From contig NIVC01002492.1 in assembly GCA_002269645.1 (NCBI GenBank), forward strand, positions 1 through 64,000: a DNA stretch of 64,000 bases. Reading direction: 5' to 3'. The stretch is from Macrostomum lignano. Taxonomy: Eukaryota. The stretch's first letter is position 1. Each line of letters begins with the position of its first letter. The notes under the pieces were generated by a model that saw only the letters and a list, made by a program, of their open reading frames with translations, did no database searches and was not told the DNA's origin. This document shows, one piece after another, positions 1 to 11,175 of the stretch. Made by a program: the position numbers and the translations under genes.

Positions 1-392
1 TCATGACCACTGACCACTGTCATGACACTGATCACTGTCATGACCACTGACCACTGTTATGACCACTGATCACTGTCATGATCGCTGACCACTGATCACT
101 GTCATGACCACTGACCACTGTTATGATCACTGACCACTGATCACTGATCACTAAACTGACCACTGACCACTGATAACTGATCACTAAACTGACCACTGAC
201 CACTGATCACTGATCACTAAACTGACCACTGACCACTGATCACTGATCACTAAACTGACCACTGACCACTGATCACTGATCACTAAACTGACCACTGACC
301 ACTATCTACTGACCACTGATCACTGTCATGACCACTGACCACTGCTATGATCACTGACCACTGATCACTGTCATGATCGCTGACCACTGGCC
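1..392. repeat. Degenerate 7-mer satellite (ACTGACC/ACTGATC units), runs off the window start
   Basis: Directly visible; produces the periodic ORF 38..295 (SDQWSVVSLVI). Confidence 0.9.
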
Positions 393-847
393 ACATGTAC
401 TACTGTGCTACCAGGGAAACCTCTGTCAGCTTCATCTTACGAGCTGGCAGTGCAACGCGCCAAACCTTCTGCATTTGAGTCTCATTGAATTTTTTAATTT
501 ACAACAGACTGGCGACTTTCAGAGAGAATTTGTTTGACAGATTTTATCGGCAGCGGTCGCTCATTTTCAAGTAAAAAGCACCTCTTCAAAATAGATCGGG
601 CTTTTTTGCAGTTTGCGGAATCACCGTTTTGAAAGTTAGCTGAAGGCAAGTACACAAACTACTGCCTTGGATGCTATGACGTTCAAATGAGTTTCGGAGA
701 ATACCAGCGCATGTTCAGCCTTAATTGGTGCTAAAACTAAGCAAGCATAATTGAGTGCTAAAACTGCTTTTGCAGTGAAAGAGCATTCAATGCTTGTAAA
801 GTTGCTCGATTTCGGAGTGCTTTATCTCATCAGATCGCCCGCCTCAC

Positions 848-3800
848 CTTGCTGCCGAACACCAGCACCAGGGTGGTGGTGGCGCAGACGATGATGCAGC
901 TGGCGATGAGGATTAGTCGCAGCTCCAGGCTCCAGGTGGGCAAGGTGAACAAAATCACCACCCCGATGAGCCCCATCACCGTGGTGTTGTACACGCAGAC
1001 TCCGATTTTCTTTGAATCGTTCAAGGCCTCCACTTGCACCGCGCGCGTCTCCCAGGCCAGGAAGATGGCGATGAGCAGCAGGAAACCTGAGGACAAGATT
1101 GAGATGGGCAGCGTGAGGCTGGGGGTTTGTGAAAGAGTTCAAGTCTTTCTAGACAAAGTTGACTGCAAGCTCAGCATGGGTTCACAATGCACTAAAACGG
1201 CTAGCAAAGAAGACATGGCCTACTGCAATAAATCAAAGAACTAAATTTTAAATCAGCATTCCACCTTTGATTCCCAGTTCGATTCCAATCCAGACATTCA
1301 TCCTGGCGCAGGTGCACTCATCGATAGTGTACCGCGTCACCGTCACATCGTCGCTCTCTCGCTAAAATGTTAGGTTGGCTAGTTTTGAGCTATAGTGATA
1401 GAAAGTAGCATTGTGAGTACATTATGGCATTAGTGAGACAGCAGAGTTTTAATGCGCCAGCGGAGCGTCACAAGCTTGGTACAAAATACTCGGCCTTATG
1501 GGCGCTTTGCAACAAAGTAACTGAACAGACTGGCCCCTGCTCAGTTACTCACCAGAGCTGGCAGCGCACTCGTGAGCAGCCTCATCGGGTCGACGCCACC
1601 CCAGACTGCCAGCAGTGCAGCGTCTGCTGCCAGCACGGCCAGGATCACGCCGAACAGGTGCGCATCCCGGATGGCCTGCAAAGAGTTTCGGAAGCAGAAG
1701 AGCATAGAAGCCAGAAATTTATGAACCATTGTCATTTTCAATGGTGCTGACCAACAGCTTGGAGCAGCAAAGATTGGCTCAAGAACCACTTAGGACCGTT
1801 TAGCACTTAACATTGGCGTCTTATGGAAATTTATTCAAGTGCCCAATTTCGCCTAAAATGCATCATTCAGGTACCCTCGGACGTTCCAGTTTTAAGAACT
1901 ACAATAAACTGTCAATATCTCACGTTCAGAGGCTTCTATGCTGCGTTATGCATATAAAGATGTACATGTATGGTTTTGATTGAAAGGTGACCTGACCTGC
2001 ACGTTTGCTAAAGTATTATTCTCAAACCTGCTAGAAGAAAAAAAACAAAAGTACTGTGTACTTGTAGTACTGTAAAAGCACTGTAAACGGGTTTTGCAGA
2101 ATGCATTGCGACAAATCGGGTTTCACCGCAGACAATCTTAGACTACTCTAAGAAAAAACCCTCTTTCGTACATCAAGTGATTTAAAGTGTATTTTTTCTC
2201 TCTCCGCTGATGCTTTTAAACGCCCCGAGGTAACGGCAACGTCTAGTGGCCCTTGGATTTGTCCTTGGATGTCCTTCCGACCTACAAACTCACCACCCTG
2301 CGCAGCTTGACGTTGGTGAAGATGCGGTGCACCCGCCAGGTCTTAGCCAGCATGGCGCCGAAGGCAGCTGAGTAGCCGAGGGTCAGCAGGGCCGTCTGCG
2401 CCCAGCACAAGGCGGTGCTCACAGACCAGTGCGAGTTCGCGGCCATCACAATGCAGGAGGCGTAGCACATGAGGCAGCCAGCGCCAATCACATTGTTCAC
2501 CAGCGGGCTGCTCATCTTGATGAGGCGCAGCTCCCTGTAGTGAAAGTTCACAGCGACCGCCGCCACGGACAGAGCCATGCCCAGCGAGGAGGCTGAGATG
2601 ATGGAGATGGCTGTCACGCCGCTTAGCCGCAACTGCTGAACTATCACGGCCGGGGTGTCCACCGGTGGAGAGCTGCCTGCAGGCAGCAGAAGCGGGCAGG
2701 CTATGAGGCGATTCACAATCCAGCAACCCTAATGGCAACCCGCTGCTTTTTCGTCGTATGCATGGCACTCATCGCACAATAATTAGCCCTCTATCTGCCA
2801 TATTAGTCAGAACTCGAGAAAAATCTCTAACAAGGGAGGCGGCCAGGGGCTGCTCAAATGGCATCTCGAGCTGCTGCTGGAGCAGAGCGTGACAGACTGC
2901 TGAAAAAAGGCTGCAATTAGCGGCGTGCCAACGGAGGAGAAGCTGAACTCGAACCCGCCCGATCGATCCGAGATGGGCAGTAGCTGCTCACAGCTCACTG
3001 CGCCTGCTGCTCATTAGGACCAATCTGGGATGCTGATGGTGGATTTGGCCGCATTCGGTAATCGATTTCCGAGTTCATAATCAAAGACCCGTCTTTTCCA
3101 ACAGGTGAAACTCGATCCGCTTGCACTCGAGAAAAGTTACTCCAAACCAAACCATAGATTATCCATGCTCCAAACAAATTTTCACCGCTTGGACTCAAAC
3201 AGAAAATATGTGAGCAGAGAGTTCAAGTGTGGCGAGTCCTGTCTGGTAGGGTGTACTTTTCGTCCCCTGCCATGAGCACTTTCAGACTGCTCTGAAAGAA
3301 GCGGACACGCATGGTTGGCAAATTGCTGCGATACAATTGCTTTTTATGTTGAATGGCACTGCAGAAACGCTCTTACGAGCTATATCAGCAATTGCTCAGC
3401 AATTTTTACCACGACATTTGAATGTCAGTCACAACCTTTCAGTTTTGTTTGCGTTGAAAGAGGCAATTTCACCCAACCTTGAAGTCGCCAGCGATGGGAG
3501 ATGCTCGCCAGTTTGCTCGGAAAAAGCCGGAGCTTTCTTCTCGCTTCTCGGTAAATCTCTGCTAATCCGTGGATCAACAGCTGACTCCCGCCCCGATCGT
3601 CCCGGATACTCATGCCGCTCCGAGAGCTTTCAGAGACTCACTCAAGTCAGGGAAGGCTAACGCAACGGGAGGAGCTGACAGGAAATTTTTTCCAACAGGT
3701 CTCCAGGGTAGCCAGCGGGTTGGCAGAGACGGCTCACTCACCCGCAAACCACAGCTCTGAGGTCCAATTGAGTGCCTGGGAAATCGGGTCGTAGGTGCCA

Positions 3801-6800
3801 ACGAGATGCCGGGTGAGATCTGAAATTAAAAAAAGGTGCCAGGACTAAAGCGGAGACCTTTTTGCCATTTTAAAATATATTGAAATTACTTCTCAGCTGG
3901 TACAGAAGCACATTCGGAGTTCGATCTCCGTTACTGTCGAACACGACCCTGCCCTAAAATTTGCGAGGCAGGATTTGGTCAGAGGCGGCAGTGCCATGCA
4001 CACAAGGGTCAGAGGCGGCAGTGCCATGCACACAAGGGTCAGGAGGCGTAGTGCCATGCACACAAGGGTCAGAGGCGGCAGTGCCATGCACACAAGGGTC
4101 AGGAGGCGTAGTGCCATGCACACAAGGGTCAGGAGGCGTAGTGCCATGCACACAAGGGTCAGAGGCGGCAGTGCCATGCACACAAGGGTCAGGAGGCGTA
4201 GTGCCATGCACACAAGGGTCAGAGGCGGCAGTGCCATGCACACAAGGGTGGGTCAGAGCCACTTTTACCGAGAGTCCAATGAAGTCCAGTTCGAGGATGT
4301 TACGAAAGAGGGCGGCCTTGAAGGACGAGTTGCCCAGCTGAAGCTCCTCGGAGTAGTTCCAAGACTGCAGCGTCCGATTCAACGACAGAGCTGCCGACAT
4401 CACCGCATCAAAGCGCAGATCGAAGCCGAAGAGTGTCTTCATAATGGCCTCGGCTCGGCGTTCGGGGTACTCGAGAACGAATTGAGCGAACAGCTCGGGG
4501 AGCGTCTGCAAGAAGGCATTGAACTGCATGTGTGTTCTGGAGACCTACTTTGGAAGGTTTACGCTGAAGTCGAAGCGAAACTTTGATTTATGATGGGTTT
4601 CTGCAGAATGCATTTCCCGACATTGCCTAACTCAATTTTCACCAAAGCTTTTGCATCATGAATAAAGAAAGGCAGTGTTGGGCCGCGATGGGTTTTTAAT
4701 ATGCCAAAATTGCGCGCCTTTGCCAATGCGCGCCTCTACCGGTGCGTGCTTATAACAGCATCCCCTGCAAACCCCGCCCCTCTTCGGCGGCCTTTTAAGT
4801 CTCGCTTCGTATAGATTTTGAAAGGGAGACCTTCTTGATCATTTTAAATTGACCATTCTCAATCGTGTGACAAGCGCTATTCCGTGGGAGCAGCTGCTCT
4901 CGCATTTTCAACCAACCAGCTGCTCAGTCCCCAGCAGAACCTAATTTGGGAAGACAAACAGGGATATTTATTTGCTTGCATCGCTCACAACAGGCGACAC
5001 ATCACTACCAAAAATTTGCTCTTTCAAAGAGAAGCAGAAGAAAAACAGAGAGTAAGAGGGTGCCTCTCAAGCTACGTACCTGGAATTCCTATCTTAATTG
5101 CATTTGTTCTTCTAATTGAGACTCCTGGAGACACGTACTACAGAGAGTACCCAGAGTTCATCTTGATACAAATAAATACACTATTTGGAACCTTAAGTTA
5201 TTTATCTAAAGGCAATACTAATTGATATTTGGCAGACCCCACTGGTACAAAAAGTCTGAAGCACAGGTTCGCTTTCAATTTTTTCATTAAATTTTTTTAT
5301 TGTGTTTGAATTTTTTTTATTATTTGAAGGTCTCGGATCACGATCGGAAGCTCAAGTCTCAATCTTGAGCTTGAATTTCGCTGAAAATGTGTTGAGAACG
5401 TTCTGAACAACTATTTGTTGTTCTCACTGCTCACCTTTCCGGCCGGTCCAATCCGAGTTTCCACTATGGCGGAGTCCATGACGGCCGTGTCCGTCTCAAT
5501 GGAGCCCTCAAGACTTTCCGCTCTGTCCGAGTAGGGGCAGGAGCCGGGCATGGCCTGGGCGGTGAAGGGCAGCCCCACCTGCACCCAGAAGTATTTCGGC
5601 CCGTAGATTCCGAGCCGCTTCAGCTGCGGGATGCGGGGCGAAATTCGGATTCGATTCCGAAATTACACTTCAATTTGAAAATAAATATACGGACTACAAA
5701 GTCCTTGCAGCTCAGAAGCCATTGGTACACTGCACTAAGAGCACACACAACCGTGACTCACAACGCATTCGAACCGCTTGCTCGGTTCTTCCTGATTCCC
5801 TGCTCGGACAATCACAAAAATTCTGATGTCGCTCTTCTGTAAATGGAAAGAGCAAACAAGGTGATGGCCAATCCTCACAAGCCAAGGCCAGCTATCAGCT
5901 TACCAGCAGATTCTGAATGGCATTGGTGGGGTCGCTGCTGTAGATCATCTTTTGAAAGGTGATGTTGCTCCGCAGCAAGGCCGCCTCCAGCTGAAGGGCG
6001 ATCTGAGATTAGCGCAGTTTAACTGTGAGGTCAAAATCGGCTTTGCTGCCCCGTAGTAAATTCAGGCTTGAGCAAAGACGGAGAAATACGAGCCATGACT
6101 TGCGGATCCATTGCCTGGTGGGCGGTTGCTGCGGCCACTCAGCAACTTGCACTTTTTAATCGCAATGGAAGTCAATTCGAGCAACGCCAATGGTCAAGCA
6201 CTGCAGATGCAGTGCTGAGTGAAAAAGGAAAAAGCGCCACTACTTAGCAGGCTGTGCACTGGGCCATACGAGCTAGCAATTAGAAGCAGAAGCGATGGCA
6301 TGGGGAATGCTCTCTCACCAAAAGGCCCGTTATTACCGCCATAAAATGAGACCTATTATTGTGTGATCACACGGTTTGTACCTTTTTTGGTTCCTTTGTA
6401 CATCAGCAGTGATTTCATGGCTCACTTGATGGTGGTGAAGTGTTACATTCGCATGATGACGGAGTGAGTAGTTGCAATACTAGTGCATGACTGACAGAAA
6501 AATCTTTGCGAAATCTTTATTTGGCTCAGTGAACCGTCTTGCATAGAGTTGTTTTACCATCCCTGCGCCAACTCACAGGGTACACAACTTCGAAGTCCAT
6601 GGTGATGAGGCCGACTCTCCGCCAGCCGAACCTGCTGAGCAGCAGCACGGTGGGCCGCACGAACAGGCTGCCGGTGACCGGCATGCGGATGTAGAAGGGG
6701 TAGGCGGACTTGTCGCTCAGCAGCGGCGACGTGTTGGAGAAGCCGATCTGAGGATGCAGGCGGAATGCGCAGCTGAAGGACAACTGGAAACTGGCCGATG

Positions 6801-9800
6801 CGCTGCTTTCCAATGAACCAGATGCTCTACAATGACTTGAATTTACAGATTCATATAGCATTGTGCTGTTTATAATTCTGATTAACTCAAACCATTCTCC
6901 ACAACTGCCATAAAGTCATGAGAAGCACCAGTGTTAGGCTTTCTGTTCTCCGGGGTCTTAATTTATCCGGGGGACACTGCAAAGCAAAATTATTGTCGCT
7001 TTGCGATAACCTACCCTGGATAATCCAAGGCACAACAAAATCGGGCTTTGAAATATCCTGGGTCTTAAATTGTCCGGGGTGAATAAAGATTGGTGGTCAA
7101 GTTATTTACCCGATAAAGCGCATGCGAATGGGGCAGGACATCATTTCGGGAGAATGGGGCTGACTCAGAGGCCAGGGAAGGGCCCTGACTGCACCTTAGA
7201 GAGGGGAGGGGCAGATGAGGTGCAGTCTAAGAATAAATCGATAATGGACTGGCGTCACATTGCTAGCACTACAAGCGTACGTGCAATGAAGATCAGTGTA
7301 CGAGCTAATAGCCCGCCAAGGAATGTGTTGCGCAAATTACGAGTATATTACACGTAACTTTTAAGATATATAGAGTTTATTTCTTGTCGAAGTTCTACGT
7401 TTAGGAAAATTTATCTCTCGATGGCTAAAGTATCGCTGAACCAAGTGTTTTTTATGTTCTGAACGAGTATGTTGAGCTGACCGGAAAATTCCAGTACGAA
7501 AGAGAGAGAGATAATCTAAAAAGAAAAATCAGAGAAAAGAGCAAAAACTTCACGCTTCATTCAGCGGATCGTCTGTTTTTGATTGATCGAATTACATGTA
7601 GATTGGTGAATAAGCTTTAATTTTACTTCTGTTTGGAGTGTGTGAAATGCAAAATAGTGATGGGAAATATACTCGGTTAAAGAAGCCTGACGCAGATGTT
7701 TGCCAATTGAAAAAGTAGCAAAAAGTTTTTTTTACTTTGCTATTCCTAACCCCGGATATCAGTAGCCGGATGTCCTAAAGCAAACCTCTGTCTCCGCAGG
7801 CTGACCCCTCTCTTTCAACCTACAGTCAGATGTCCTAAGACAACTTCCCCTTCTTGTGATCTCCGGGCAGGATAGCAGAGTCAGTGCCGTAGGATGTCCG
7901 AGAGAGACATCTCAAAGTGCCCGGACAATGCAAAGCAGCTCAAGATATCCGGGTAGGAGAAAACAAAGCAGGTTTTTTGCTTGGCAGTACCCGGGCGGAT
8001 ATCGTAAGTGCGTTCGGATATCCGGGCCAGACAAAAATACCCCGGAAAGTCTAAAGTGTAACACCGGCACCAACATGGCAAATGCGCTATGAAAAAAACC
8101 GAACCAGAAATTTTGATTGAATTGAATTGAGAATCGTAACAAATATCAGTTATTAAAAATAGAAGGTAGCACGTATGAATTGCAGGTAAAGAAGACTGCA
8201 TCTTCGGTCCCGACACACCGGCGCTGCTCTGCGGCAAGTGCTGATGAGCCGCAATGTGAAAACGTGGGTGGGCTCGCGCATGCTGGTTGTCTTGCCTGTG
8301 GTTTGAGCTTCTACTTTGCCACAATTTCTGACTGCAATCAAACTGCTTTAGATTTTTTCCTTCAATGCAGGAGACTGAGCTCGCAGTTTGAAAAACCAGG
8401 AGCTTCAGCCCGTTCGTTTTGCGCTTGTGCTGTAGAATTCGCTCATTTTTATTCAGTTCATTTCTATCATAGCTTAGTAATAATCCACATCTAAGATATG
8501 GATTGGCTTTCGGTAAAGCGGAAGTCAACTCAAGGATTAACTGTCAATCAGCCAACTCGCTCGTGTTTGCTTGGCCCTCAGTTCTGCACGGAAAATAATT
8601 TTAGCGACCTTCAAATGACAGCAAATTTTGTTCGAACTGACGCCAAGCAACAGGCGGGCGAGCGCAGCTTTTTTATGCGATTTTTACCGGCCTTCGGGCC
8701 AGCCCGAGGGCTCCAGCGGTCTCTCGCAAGATGTAGCAGTTCACGTTAGGAGAGCCGAAGCTGCTCTTCGATATCCCGGCTGGAGATCGGCAAGTGGCTG
8801 GGAAATTTCCCAGCGGATTCTGCATGGTCTTCGATCCGGACTGCACTGGGCCAGCGGCTATAAAATACAGGTATAGTGCTGTCTCACCAGATAAACGTGT
8901 GCACTTGTTGACTGCAGTCTATTGTTGGTTGCATTTAGCCACAGCAGATGCATTTTATGGGCGGCACCAGCTCACCTGAGGCAGGTGATAGTACTGGCCG
9001 ATGTCCGCCACGATCTGCGACTGGTGCGAGAATGCGGCTCCAAGCAGCAGCGCCTTGTTGGGCGGCCGCAGGTAGCCGTCAATCAGCGCCTTGGCCGCGC
9101 TGCCCGTCTTTTGCTGGAGTGGGCGGAGGGGCGGTGCATGCAGAGACCATTCGGAGTCTGCAGCAATTCTATCTAGACTCCCTAAAGCTAGGAAAATTCT
9201 GAGCTTGTGATAAAACTGATTCGATCTCATAAATTAAGATTTTCCCCCAGTTAAAGAATTCCGACTTGCCTGCTTACCCCATCGGCCACTATAACATGGA
9301 GCTGCATATGGACTGCCTGCTTACCCCATCGGCCACTATAACATGGAGCTGCATATGGAATGCCTGCTTACCCCATCGGCCACTATAACATGGAGCTGCA
9401 TATGGAATGCCTGCTTACCCCATCGGCCACTATAACATGGGGCTGCATATGGACTGCCTGCTTACCCCATCGGCCACTATAACATGGAGCTGCATATGGA
9501 CTGCCTGCTTACCCCATCGGCCACTATAGCATGGAGCTGCATATGGAATGCCTGCTTACCCCATCGGCCACTATAACATGGAGCTGCATATGGACTGCCT
9601 GCTTACCCCATCGGCCACTATAACATGGAGCTGCATATGGAATGCCTGCTTACCCCATCGGCCACTATAACATGGAGCTGCATATGGACTGCCTGCTTAC
9701 CCCATCGGCCACTATAACATGGAGCTGCATATGGACTGCCTGCTTACCCCATCGGCCACTATAACATGGAGCTGCATATGGAATGCCTGCTTACTCCATC

Positions 9801-10142
9801 GGCCACTATAACATGGAGCTGCATATGGAATGCCTGCTTACCCCATCGGCCACTATAACATGGGGTTGCATATGGACTGCCTGCTTACCCCATCGGCCAC
9901 TATAGCATGGAGCTGCATATGGAATGCCTGCTTACCCCATCGGCCACTATAACATGGAGCTGCATATGGAAGGACGGGAACAGGTGGCTGAGGTTGCTGT
10001 TGACGAAGCGGAAGCTGAAGTTCAGATAGTCCCGGTCCAGCTTGAACTCTGCGGAGTCCGAGCTGATGCAGAGCAGGTGGACGACCTGCCGTCCGGCCGC
10101 TGGGGCGGCGGTGCACAGCAGAAAAAGCAGCAGCCACAGCAT
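848..10142 (-). CDS. Divergent GABA-B-receptor-like class C GPCR (signal peptide, Venus flytrap, 7TM); 3' end probably continues below 848
   Basis: GT-AG exons read by hand: 10142-9936 (MLWLLLFLLC..), 9113-8976, 6747-6577 (IGFSNTSPLLSDKSAYPFYIRM), 6002-5904, 5836-5762, 5623-5435 (GIYGPKYFW), 4505-4269 (FDAV..LDFIGLS), unresolved exon(s) within 4268-2677, 2676-2294 (IKMSSPLVNN, AKTWRVHRIF), 1675-1553, 1361-1265, 1086-848 (LAWETR, LNDSKKIG). These motifs match GABA-B family 7TM signatures. Confidence 0.88.
3977..4246. repeat. 30-bp intronic minisatellite, 9 copies of two variants (order AABABBABA)
   Basis: Units GGTCAGAGGCGGCAGTGCCATGCACACAAG and GGTCAGGAGGCGTAGTGCCATGCACACAAG; the array lies about 20 bp inside the donor at 4268. 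Confidence 0.95.
9267..9971 (-). repeat. 47-bp tandem array, 15 copies; each unit = last 36 nt of GPCR exon 1 plus donor GTAAGCAGGCA
   Basis: Unit starts at 9267, 9314 ... 9925 (14 x 47). Minus-strand unit is (T/G)TCCATATGCAGCTCCATGTTATAGTGGCCGATGGG|GTAAGCAGGCA. Confidence 0.95.
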
Positions 10143-11175
10143 GGGTAGTCGGGAAGGGTTTGAGCGCAGTTTCCAGTAGAGCACAGCTGGCTCTTTTTAT
10201 ACCGCAGATGCAGCACTGTTGGGCCAATCGCGAGCGGATGAGTCCTGCAGCCCAAATCCGTCAGTAGATCTGCAAAAGCGAGCATTGCAGAATTGCCACC
10301 TCCGCCTTTTCGGAGCTGCAGTTTTCGGAGAATTCCGTGCTTCAAATAAAATAATTTTCCTATAATTTGCTGCGCTCCAAAAGCCGCTTAGGGTCGGGCA
10401 GCTGAGCTGGATTTCATTTCCCCAGTCTGAAAGCCAGAGCGTCTCTAATGAGCCACGCACTGGGCAGCTTCGAATTCTCGGCGACCCGCAGAGTCCCAGA
10501 TAACTCGAGGTAATTTGCTGAGAATCTGCGGTGTCGTCACCTGACACTTTGAGCTATGCATGCTCACGTTTTCATCGGAAAGTGATACTGTTCATTAAAG
10601 ATCTCGATGTTGCACAGCTTCAGTGCCCGAGCCAAACCATCTAGCTGCTTCCTTTCCGATGTGCGAAAATTCAACCAAAGATGATGCGTCATGCAGCCAG
10701 AAACCTTAGTTTTGCGTGCATGGGAATTTCAAGTCGGGAAAAGCAACAAAACTTTTTTGTGGATATTTCACTCCCTTCCCAGTTCGATTGTTAGACGACC
10801 TGGGAAAGGTTCGATCAGTCGTGTAGTTTTCTAACCTGTACAGTGCATGTCTGACGAAATGCCTTGCAGAATTTCTGTGGAAGCAATCCGCACATGAGAG
10901 GCAGCGCAATGAATTGGCTGGCAGATTGATTAATACAAAGTAACCAGCTTAGCGAAATCCTTTTAGTATTATCCTTTTACTATTTATAGTAGCGCACTCT
11001 GCGTCCACTTTTTCTGCACCGAGAGCCACCGTGGCGCATCTGTTGCCCGGATTAGAGCGCCCTGTCACCCCACTGCTCCGGTGCCTGTTTCTGCTTTGGT
11101 TAAAGCAGCCGCCCTGTCTGACAGTCCAGACTTGTAGGAATCAAATCTGACAGAGGCCTGCAGAGCCGCATCGCA

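Noticed and set aside
2800-3650. Several candidate minus-strand exons for the missing GPCR linker
   Set aside because: None gave both convincing splice sites and the expected GxVxF/IGxY motifs, so the region is left unresolved.
7740-8530. CCGGA/GATATC-rich subterminal-like repeats and a BED-finger-like peptide in the GPCR intron
   Set aside because: No TIR pair or TSD found, and the Cys/His spacing is incomplete.
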